DNA from: Nitrospirota bacterium
Lineage (GTDB): Bacteria; Nitrospirota; Nitrospiria; Nitrospirales; NS-4
Assembly: GCA_963788195.1 (NCBI GenBank)
Contig: CAWBGA010000013.1
Span: 160,001 to 224,000 of the forward strand
Reading direction: 5' to 3'
DNA: 64,000 bases
In this document: positions 20,126 through 28,531 of the stretch, one piece after another
Position numbering within the stretch: position 1 is the stretch's first letter
Layout: every line of letters begins with the position of its first letter
The notes under the pieces: model-generated
Seen by the model: only the letters and a program-made list of their open reading frames with translations
Told to the model about the DNA's origin: nothing
The model's database searches: none
Program-made: the position numbers and the translations under genes

Positions 20126-21302
20126 GATAGGGTTTGAATTGCTTGCTGAGCGTCAGACCTTGGAACTGGTAGGACGATCCAAGTTTTTCGCCGTACACCT
20201 TTTCCGGTCGCTGCTGCATACGCTCAAAGAATACCTTAAAGAACGTCTGGCCGTCGTGGATCAGAAACGGCACGTCATGCGCCCGAACTTCCAGGACAAT
20301 GGGCGTCCCCAACACATCGCCCGCCCCATAGCCGAATCCCGGATCGAAGAACCCCGCGTAGTGCGTTCGAAGCTCTCCGCATGCAGCTTCGTAGGCCACC
20401 ATTTCGGCCGCGTAGTCCGGCGGAATGCGGATTCGCTCCTTTGACCCAAGAATATAGAATTGTTCGGGTTCCAGCAACAGCGTGGAGTTTCGCGGGCGCC
20501 GGATCGGTTCCCAAAAATCGGTCGGATCATAATGAGCAAGCCGCGACATATCCAGGATTTGGCTGATCGTTTTCGCGCGGAATCCCACAATGCCGCTTTC
20601 AGTACCGTTTAGATCCACCCGGAGGAAGAGACCCTCTTTGAGCGAAAGTTGGGAGACGGGTAGGGGCTTGCCGTCCCGGTACAGCAACGGGTCCGCTCCG
20701 TGCCTGGCACGCAGCTCGGCATCGGCCACGAGCGGGCGCCCGGCAAAGAGCCGGAGCTGATTGAGGCACATGCCGGCATGCACGCGGACGGAAAACGACC
20801 GGGGGACAACTTCCAGAAAAAGCCGTCCCCGATACCCTGGACGAATGTCATCAAAACGCGCTTGGAAATCGGTGATGGTGCGCGTAAAGACGTCCAGCCG
20901 GCCGGTGGTGCTTTTGGGATTGGTCCTGCCCCTCATCTCTGCGGGAAGTGCGAGCGATTCCATCAGGGGAATCAGGTAGACGTGGCCTTGCTCCAGCACC
21001 GCGCCCTTGTGCAGATCGATCTCGTACATGAGGAGCTCCGGCAAGAGATCATGGAGGGTAATGCGCTGAGCGATGGCCCATTGCTCGGGGAGAAAACTGC
21101 TGAGCATCCGGTAGGCGGTCTCCCCAAGGCGGAGGTCAAGGCTCGCCGGCTGGTATTGGCGCTCCTCGATGGCGGGCTTTGCGGAAATGACGCGTTTTTG
21201 AACCAGGGCGCGAAGCTGCTGGGAGGTGAGGACACCGCTGGCGGGTCTCTGCCGGGATGTAACAGATGGGGTCAGAGTCGATTTATTGGTTTTGGGCTTC
21301 AT
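20118..21302 (-). CDS. dcd: dCTP deaminase, long two-domain type
   Basis: QPASLDLRLG, NPKSTTGRLDVF, GELRTHYAGFFDPGFG, YQFQGLTLSK. Confidence 0.85.
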   Translation of the reverse strand: MKPKTNKSTLTPSVTSRQRPASGVLTSQQLRALVQKRVISAKPAIEERQYQPASLDLRLGETAYRMLSSFLPEQWAIAQRITLHDLLPELLMYEIDLHKGAVLEQGHVYLIPLMESLALPAEMRGRTNPKSTTGRLDVFTRTITDFQARFDDIRPGYRGRLFLEVVPRSFSVRVHAGMCLNQLRLFAGRPLVADAELRARHGADPLLYRDGKPLPVSQLSLKEGLFLRVDLNGTESGIVGFRAKTISQILDMSRLAHYDPTDFWEPIRRPRNSTLLLEPEQFYILGSKERIRIPPDYAAEMVAYEAACGELRTHYAGFFDPGFGYGAGDVLGTPIVLEVRAHDVPFLIHDGQTFFKVFFERMQQRPEKVYGEKLGSSYQFQGLTLSKQFKPYHG

Positions 21303-21338
21303 CGTGTACAGAGGGGGTCAAGTAAATCGACTCTGACC
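21268..21338. repeat. REP family A inverted pair straddling the dcd start codon
   Basis: GGTCAGAGTCGATTTA (21270-21285) / TAAATCGACTCTGACC (21323-21338). Confidence 0.85.
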
Positions 21339-21346
21339 TGGAGATC

Positions 21347-22516
21347 CTATTCCATCATGACATCAGCCATATCACACCCGGTCGACACGGAGCTGACCAT
21401 CGGAAGTTCGCGGCTCCTGCTTCCGCTGCCGGTTGTGTGCGCGACGGCGGATTGCGCAGGTTCCGGTTGCGGGTAGCTGTAGACCTTGCCTTCGTAATTC
21501 CGCAGGGTCGCCTTTTCCTGAGTCAAATGCACGAGATAGTCGGTGGGCAGGAGGGGAATTTTCCCGCCGCCCTCCGGAGCGTCGATGACGAAGTGCGGCA
21601 CGGCCATCCCACTCGTGTGGCCTTGCAAGGCCTTGATGATCTCCAGGCCGGTTTCCACCGACGTGCGGAAATGATTGGTGCCGCGGGTCAGATCGGCCTG
21701 ATAGAGATAATATGGCTTGACGCGTGCAAGCAGAAGCTGGTGGACAAGGCGCATCATGATAGCAGGGTCATCATTGACGCCTTTTAAGAGGACCGTTTGC
21801 GCCCCCAGCGGGATCCCGGCGTCTGCCAATCGCCCGCAGGCTGCTTTGACCTCGGGCGTCAGCTCATCCGGATGGTTGAAATGCAGGTTCATGTAGATCG
21901 GATGATACTTCTTGAGCATGGCGCACAGCTCAGGAGTCACCCGCTCCGGAAGACTTCCCGGGACGCGGCTTCCGATACGGATCAACTCCAAATGCGGGAT
22001 TGTGCGGAGCGCCTTGAGGATCCGCTCTAAGAGAGGATCCGGCAGCAGCAGCGGATCGCCGCCCGACAGGATGATGTCCCGGACCTCGGTATGGGCCTTC
22101 AAATATTCCACGACGCGGTCCAATTCCCCCTTCTTCAGAAATCCGGGCTTGCCCACCAGGCGCTTTCGGGTACAGAACCGGCAATAGATGGGACATTGAT
22201 TGGTGACCATGAACAAGACCCTGTCGGGATAACGATGGACAAGGTGAGGCACGGGGCTATCGAGGTCCTCGTGCAAGGGATCATCCATGCTCTCATCGGT
22301 CATCTCTTCGGGCTCCGGGACCACCTGCCGCCAAAACGCGTCGCCCTTCTCCTTGATGAGTTTCATCCACATGGGCGTGATGCGCATCGGATACTCGCTG
22401 ACGACGTCCCTAATCGCCTCCGGATCAATGTCCAACTGTGTGGCCAAGTCCTCGGGTTTTGTCACGCTCGCTGCGAGCGTCCCCTGCCAGCTCTCCATGT
22501 CGTGTCTTCCTCCCAT
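21347..22516 (-). CDS. KamA family radical SAM (lysine 2,3-aminomutase-like)
   Basis: LVHRYPDR, CPIYCRFCTRKR, SGGDPL, HFNHP, VLLKGVND, DAPEGGGKIP. Confidence 0.9.
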   Translation of the reverse strand: MGGRHDMESWQGTLAASVTKPEDLATQLDIDPEAIRDVVSEYPMRITPMWMKLIKEKGDAFWRQVVPEPEEMTDESMDDPLHEDLDSPVPHLVHRYPDRVLFMVTNQCPIYCRFCTRKRLVGKPGFLKKGELDRVVEYLKAHTEVRDIILSGGDPLLLPDPLLERILKALRTIPHLELIRIGSRVPGSLPERVTPELCAMLKKYHPIYMNLHFNHPDELTPEVKAACGRLADAGIPLGAQTVLLKGVNDDPAIMMRLVHQLLLARVKPYYLYQADLTRGTNHFRTSVETGLEIIKALQGHTSGMAVPHFVIDAPEGGGKIPLLPTDYLVHLTQEKATLRNYEGKVYSYPQPEPAQSAVAHTTGSGSRSRELPMVSSVSTGCDMADVMME

Positions 22517-22531
22517 CCTATAAAGGGTGCG

Positions 22532-22777
22532 CTAAGATTGTGCTGTTTTTCTTCCGTACTTGGATTCCAGATACGAGATGATGTCGTCCGTCTCGGTCAG
22601 GACCGTGTCACCGTCCTTTAGGACAGGCACATAATATTGACCGGAGACCTCGAATACCTGCGTGCGCTGCGAGTGCCGGTCGGGTACGGTCACACTCTCA
22701 TACTTGATGGCCAGCTTGTCGAGCTTGGCACGAACTACCTGGCACTCCGGGCACCAGTTGACATGATACAGCGTCAC
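22532..22777 (-). CDS. Glutaredoxin domain (in frame with the upstream ligase C-terminus)
   Basis: LYHVNWCPEC, SGQYYVPVL, ETDDIISYL. Confidence 0.8.
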   Translation of the reverse strand: MTLYHVNWCPECQVVRAKLDKLAIKYESVTVPDRHSQRTQVFEVSGQYYVPVLKDGDTVLTETDDIISYLESKYGRKTAQS

Positions 22778-22799
22778 GAAGGCTGCTTCACTTCCGGCC

Positions 22800-24227
22800 G
22801 GGAGTGTATCATTCTCGAGCGCGCATGGGGCCATGATCGCATCCGTCATGCCGTGAATGAGTTTTTTATCGAGAGGGACAACCGTTGCGAGAATCCCTCC
22901 TAGCCGCGCCTCATCGCCCGCGACGAAGTAGTAGGGCGAGAGCCGCACGCGGCCGGGCATCTCGATGATCTCGTCGCTGACGGGATCGTGGTACTCGGGC
23001 CGGCACCCGCCTGGCTTTTCGAAATTCCTGAAGAATGTATGGAGAAGTGGGAAATGCCGAAAGCGCGCTCTCCAGGGTTTCGCCCCATTGCGGCTGGCCC
23101 ATGTCGTGGCCTACCGAGACGCCTCGCGATCCCCAGGCCAGCTCCGAGAAGCCCGAGGGCTTGATGACGAACCGGCGCTCTTTCTGACCGAGCCCGGCCA
23201 ACTCTCTAAAATTGGACATCGGCCTGCCGCCCGGCGCCAGCCCGGGAATGACCGCATGGGGCGGCACCGGACGAGGATCGAGAATCCAGGTTTTCGGCAT
23301 CAGACTAAGCAGGGTGGAAAACGTCTCGGCATCGAGTGTTTGTCTCCAATACGCTTCCAGGACAGGGTGATGCAGCAAGGCAAAAGCCATTTTTTCTTCG
23401 AGCCAGGGTTTTGCCGGTGGCGTGATTTTGACCCGTCCTTTTTTCGCGGCATAGAAGAAGAGGTCCACCTTGGGGATGTTCTTGAGGTCGAACAACTCAA
23501 AGAACCGGTACAGCACCGACGCTGCCTGGCCTGCAGGTAGCTGCAAACTCTCTTCGGTAAACGTTACGTCCTTCGGGTCGAGTACATAGGCGGGAAGGCC
23601 GGCTTCATGCAGTTGGCCTGCGAGCCAGGCCATCTCAGGGCGGTAATCCTTTGCCTCTTCGGAGACCACGATTGCCAAAACGACTTCCCGGCCGCCCGAA
23701 AAATTCCGGATCATTGCTGCAAAACCTTCGACCATCCCGTTGCGGCCGCCGAGGATCGGCCAGCCCAGGTCGCTGTAGGTCTGGCTCATGCATCCCGTGA
23801 TTCCAATTCCGCCAGGGACGGAGTCCAGTTCACTAATCATCAGACCCGTTTCGGTCAGGAGCAGGTCCGGCCGAATCACACCGGGGAGGTCGTCACGAAA
23901 GCGATTCATGCGCGCGAAGGCAACAAGCTCTTCCGGTTTGCCCTGGTCCAGATACTCCGCGACCCATGCCGGTTGGGTGCCGCGGACACTGTCGTAGTAC
24001 AAGCGGTTCAGGGCTCGAGTAAAGTCGAGAAGATGGGCCCCCAGGCCTTCAATCGCTGCGAAGGTGTCGAGGGAGAGCAGAAACGGAATCGGTGAAATGC
24101 GCCACGTCGCACCGCTATCAAGGCCTCCCGCTGAAAGGCGTGCTCTGATTGCCCGACTGTGCTCGCGGGCGGTCTCCGGATATAGGACGGGGGGTATGGG
24201 ACCGGCAACTGTCGTTGGAGGGTTCAT
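22800..24227 (-). CDS. Circularly permuted ATP-grasp-like protein, frameshift near 22998; 3' end uncertain
   Basis: IRPDLL..SELDSVPGGIG and VIKPSG..WGSRGVSVG motifs; corrected frame reads VPAEYHDPVSDEIIEMPGRVRLSPYYF. Confidence 0.6.
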
Positions 24228-24461
24228 CCCTGGTGTGAGATGCCCTAGACCGCCACGGCACGATGAGTGCTGAAAACCACGGATGGGCTGCGCCGTGCAA
24301 TGCCCTTATTCTTTAAGGATGCGCCGCCAGGGTGTCGCAATTATGATCAATCCAAATCTCCGTGACTTAGGAAGGCCTGCTCAGTAAAAGTCTAACATGG
24401 GGCTCGATCAGGAACAAGACCGACTAGAATCAATGGGAGCGCTACGGTAGAATACTTTAGA

Positions 24462-26016
24462 GTGAGTTTACCGTTCCGCAAAGAGCTTCCTATAGTCGAG
24501 CAAATTGTCCCCGGGACTGTCTGCGCGACCTGCGATGTCTGCTGTCGTTTCCCAGAGATGGACAGCGCTCTTCGTCCGTATTTCACGCGAGATGAAATAC
24601 AGGCTGCCATCTCGGCAGGTGTATCGGCGGACGCCTTTCCGGATCATGCCGGCTCGAAGATCAGTCTCGTGCCCGATGTCGAGAATGGAGATGGTTACCG
24701 TTGTCCGGCCTTTCACTCTGCTACCGGCCAATGTGGCATCTACGAGAGCCGACCGCTGGACTGCAGGCTCTACCCGGTAGCAGTCATGTGGGACAGAGGG
24801 CATGCGGGAGTGGTGGCCGGGTGGGACACAAAGTGCCCGTTCATCGTCGATAAGTTGGACGCGCCGGAATCGCACGCATACCTGTCGCGAATCTTGACTA
24901 TGCTGGAGAGTGAGGAGCTGGTCCGCACCTTTGTGGACAATCCTCAACTAGTCGGCGCTTTCCAGGAGGATGTCCTGATACTACGACCATTGGAGAGGAT
25001 CACCCAAGGCCTCCGCGGCTCGCAATCGGGGTCAGAGTCGATTTTTCTCGGAGACGTGCCCAGGCCCAAGGGCTCTGAAAAATCGACTCTGACCCCATTA
25101 TCATCCTTTGACCCTGGCCGATCGTGGGTGGTTCGAGCAACTTCTCCTCGCCAACCAGAACGAGGATCACCCGCTGGCATCCTATTCGTTTGCATATCAT
25201 TTTATTTGGCGCGAATTGTTTACGTATGAATGGGCCCGACTGGGAGGTCACACCTGTCTTTTCGCGACGAACCCGGACGGCACATTCCTCGCATTGCCCC
25301 CCGTGGGCCCTGAGCCGAGTCAGGTGATGGACCAGGTCTTTGATGTGTTGCGCGAGCGCAACTGTGGGTCGGGTGTCTCCCGAATTGAGAACGTCCCCTC
25401 TTATCTCGCTGAGCGGTGCGAAAGCCTGGGATATCGAGTGCAGCCAAAGGCCGGAGACTATGTCTATCTGCGGGACGATCTCGCCGGTCTCAAAGGAAAC
25501 CGCTACAAGAGCCAGCGCGCGGCGTACAATCAGTGCGGCAAGCAAGCGGCGCCTGTGGTCCGTCCATACCGCGCCGCGGACATGTCCAGCTGCGTGCGTC
25601 TGTTCCAATCGTGGCAACAGAATCTTGAGAGACGCGTCCATACCGGATTGGCGCGCGACCTGGCAGCGGACAGCTCCTCCGCCCACCGGGTTGCGCTTTG
25701 TGATGCCGACGCACTGGGCCTGGTCGGATGCATTGCAGAGGTCGAGGGACAGATTGCGGCCTACACGCTGGGCTACCCCCTGAATGATTCGGTGTTCTGT
25801 ATTCTCGTCGAGATCGCGGACCGGCAAGTGCAGGGCCTGTCGCAGTATATCTTCCGGGAGTTCTGCCGAAGCCTCTCCCGTTTCCAGTTCATCAATACCA
25901 TGGACGATTCCGGTCTTGAGGGCCTCCGCCGGGCCAAGGAGAGCTACCATCCCGAGGTGCTCGTGAAATCCTACATAGTTACTCCGGGCGGGGAGGCCCT
26001 TGACGCACCTTCGTGA
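24462..26016 (+). CDS. YkgJ-like Cys-cluster domain plus DUF2156 (aminoacyl-transferase GNAT-like) domain, probably one fused gene with an indel near 25107
   Basis: CATCDVCC, CGIYESRPLDCRLYP; DYVY..LKGNRYKSQR, INTMDDSGLEGLRRAKESYHP. Confidence 0.75.
25028..25096. repeat. REP family A doublet (69 bp) inside a CDS
   Basis: Perfect 20-bp IR GGGGTCAGAGTCGATTTTTC / GAAAAATCGACTCTGACCCC. Confidence 0.9.
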
Positions 26017-26040
26017 CACGTCTAAAATACGTACTAAAAT
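26000..26040 (+). promoter_or_regulatory. Sigma70 promoter with direct-repeat operator for the TA pair
   Basis: TTGACG-17nt-TAAAAT; repeat ACGTCTAAAAT / ACGTACTAAAAT overlapping the -10. Confidence 0.65.
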
Positions 26041-26048
26041 AAGGAACG

Positions 26049-26324
26049 GTGGCAATGGGCAAAACAACGCTCAAGAAGGAAAAATGGACCTTATCGTTTG
26101 ATTCGAGGTTGAAGTCGATCGTCGTTAAGGCGGCTCACCGAAAAGGTGTTTACCCCGTCAATCTTCTGGAGGAGATCGTTCGTGAACGGTTCAATCCGTA
26201 CGGCCTTACCGATGTAAAAGACAGTGCGGTGTATGTGGCGACGATGCGTCAAGCATCGCGTGAGCAAACGGATGCCAACTTCCTGGCCGAAATTCGGGCA
26301 TGGCAACGATCTCGGTCCTTGTAG
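26049..26324 (+). CDS. Putative antitoxin (RHH-like)
   Basis: 91 aa, basic N-terminus with beta-helix-helix pattern; overlaps the PIN gene. Confidence 0.6.
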   Translation: MAMGKTTLKKEKWTLSFDSRLKSIVVKAAHRKGVYPVNLLEEIVRERFNPYGLTDVKDSAVYVATMRQASREQTDANFLAEIRAWQRSRSL

Positions 26325-26674
26325 ACACGGATATTTTCATCGATTATTTCAATAGCGGCAGATTCAGCGCCATCTTCGACTCCTCGCGCTTCACAGTTTA
26401 TTATTCTGTCGTCACGAAAAAGGAACTGCTATCAAAACCGGGTCTCCGAGAGGCAGAACGACAAGCCATCCTCGCAGAACTGGGACGATGCCGGATCATT
26501 AAGTTAACAGAGACTATTACGGTCCGGTATACGGAACTACGTGGTCGGTACCCTTCGCTTGCGAAAGAAGATGCGCTCATCGCCGCCAGCGCTCTGATAA
26601 GGAATATGCCTTTGATTACGCGGAACAAGAGACATTTTCAGGTTGTCAAAGGCCTCACCATTCTCGGTAGCTGA
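26300..26674 (+). CDS. vapC: PIN-domain (VapC) toxin
   Basis: VLVDTDIFID, EL, DALIAASA, LITRNKRHF. Confidence 0.88.
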   Translation: MATISVLVDTDIFIDYFNSGRFSAIFDSSRFTVYYSVVTKKELLSKPGLREAERQAILAELGRCRIIKLTETITVRYTELRGRYPSLAKEDALIAASALIRNMPLITRNKRHFQVVKGLTILGS

Positions 26675-26754
26675 GAACATGGCGGTCAGGCCGTGACTTG
26701 TGTTAGTTCAGATCCTCTCTCTATAATGATCATCATCAATACGGTGGCGGAAAG

Positions 26755-27570
26755 ATGACCAAGGGCCAAGAGCAAGGCATTGAGCAGTATCGTCTCAAAG
26801 ACGAGCCGTTCTATGCCGAAACCAATGGAGAGATCGGCCTTTTTAAAGCCGCGGCTCTGAGCCTGATGCCGATCATGCTGAAGGGCCCGACGGGGTGCGG
26901 AAAAACCCGGTTTGTCCAGCACATGGCGTATCGCCTTGGGCGGCCGCTCATCACCATCGCATGCCACGAAGACCTCACGGCGTCAGATCTCGTCGGGCGC
27001 TACCTGCTCAAAGGAGGCGAGACCATCTGGGTGGATGGCCCCCTCACGCTTGGCGTGAAACATGGGGCGATCGTGTATCTTGACGAGATCGTCGAGGCGC
27101 GCAAGGATACCACCGTGGTGATTCACCCGCTGAGCGATAATCGCCGCCTTCTGCCTATCGAGAAAAAGGGGCAAATGATCGAAGCCGTCGACGATTTTCT
27201 TTTGGTGATTTCCTATAATCCCGGCTACCAAAGTGTTCTGAAAGACTTGAAGCAGAGCACCAAGCAGCGATTCATGGCGATTGATTTTACCTATCCACCG
27301 CGTGACCTTGAGGCGCGAATCATTGAGCGTGAAGCAGGCGTGGACAAGGAAGTCGCAATGGCGCTCGTCAAGGTAGGTGAAAAGGCCCGCCATCTGAAGA
27401 ACCATGGACTGGAGGAGGGGGTCAGCACCCGGCTTTTGATTTACGCCGGGGAACTCATCCGCAAAGGAATTACGCCGATGGTGGCTTGTGACGCGGCGGT
27501 CATTCGCCCCATCACTGATGATCTTGATATGCAGCAAAGCCTGCGCGACATCGTGGCTGCCATTTTTTGA
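26755..27570 (+). CDS. CbbQ/NirQ/NorQ family MoxR AAA+ ATPase
   Basis: [52 protein letters not shown]. Confidence 0.93.
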   Translation: MTKGQEQGIEQYRLKDEPFYAETNGEIGLFKAAALSLMPIMLKGPTGCGKTRFVQHMAYRLGRPLITIACHEDLTASDLVGRYLLKGGETIWVDGPLTLGVKHGAIVYLDEIVEARKDTTVVIHPLSDNRRLLPIEKKGQMIEAVDDFLLVISYNPGYQSVLKDLKQSTKQRFMAIDFTYPPRDLEARIIEREAGVDKEVAMALVKVGEKARHLKNHGLEEGVSTRLLIYAGELIRKGITPMVACDAAVIRPITDDLDMQQSLRDIVAAIF

Positions 27571-27589
27571 TGGGAAGGACAGGTCACAG

Positions 27590-27850
27590 ATGAACACTGA
27601 AGACGCTCCACTCCCGCCGGACGGCAGTGAGTGCGGCGATGCGCAGACATCTCCACCGGAAGATACATTGTCCGAGGAGGAGCGGAAACGTCAGGCGATG
27701 CGCAAGCGGAAACCGTTAGGCGCCGTCGTGAAACCACTGACGAAAGAACAGATCCAGGCGCTGCTGGGCGATCCGGAAGCTAAGGAACAAGAGAATCTCT
27801 CGGACGCTTTGCCGAAGGGTTGGGATCAGGATTATCAGGACGAATTCTAG
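27590..27850 (+). CDS. Small acidic hypothetical protein
   Basis: 86 aa ORF directly after the AAA+ gene. Confidence 0.5.
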   Translation: MNTEDAPLPPDGSECGDAQTSPPEDTLSEEERKRQAMRKRKPLGAVVKPLTKEQIQALLGDPEAKEQENLSDALPKGWDQDYQDEF

Positions 27851-27853
27851 GCG

Positions 27854-28306
27854 CTACTTCTGCTCACGTTCTGCCTGTACACCCTCCCCCCCCGCGCCGT
27901 CAAGACGGGCGCCTTTCCCGTGCACTAGATGGCGGAGCGCACGGCCTTTGGTCGGGGTGGGGTCGAGCACTACCCCGTAGGTCGTTTTGCCTTCATGGCC
28001 GTCCGGTAAGTATTCGGTGATCGGAAGACCATCCTCCCGTACAAATAATAGGCAGTGACAGTACTTGTACATTTGCATCTCATCGCACGCACAGATCCAG
28101 CGCCGTAACTTCACTTCAGCGTCTTTGTCTGGATAAAAGTTGCACGGGCACAGCGGTTTGCCGAATTCATCGACATGCGAAGCCAGGCCTTTGATCACGA
28201 CCTCCGTGCAGGTGGGATTCGGATGCATGCTCGTGCCGGTTTTGTTCGCGAAGCCCGCCACGAATTTCCGCATCTTTTCGAGGCTTTTCTCGCTGGGCTC
28301 GGCCAT
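27854..28306 (-). CDS. Ferredoxin-thioredoxin reductase catalytic subunit
   Basis: LCPC, ICAC, YCHCLLF cysteine motifs. Confidence 0.88.
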   Translation of the reverse strand: MAEPSEKSLEKMRKFVAGFANKTGTSMHPNPTCTEVVIKGLASHVDEFGKPLCPCNFYPDKDAEVKLRRWICACDEMQMYKYCHCLLFVREDGLPITEYLPDGHEGKTTYGVVLDPTPTKGRALRHLVHGKGARLDGAGGEGVQAEREQK

Positions 28307-28404
28307 GAAAGTCCTTGGTTGAAGCTGCTATATTGTAGGGACGCCCTGGTAGGGTGTCAAATTTGCCCGTGCGAACAGGTCAGAACCGAGTTTTGGGGAT
28401 CAAT

Positions 28405-28477
28405 GGGGACAGGCTACTTTGTTTGAGGTTTTCGGCGACTGTTCAGGAGAATGCCTGAAACAAAGTAGCCTGTCCCC
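28405..28477. repeat. REP family B doublet
   Basis: Perfect 20-bp IR 28405-28424 / 28458-28477. Confidence 0.9.
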
Positions 28478-28531
28478 TTTCACGCTCTGAATCCAATTTC
28501 CGCGCCTTCCCTGTGCTATAATCCCCGCCCT

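Noticed and set aside
24335..24352. FNR box in the divergent promoter
   Set aside because: Only one ATCAA half-site
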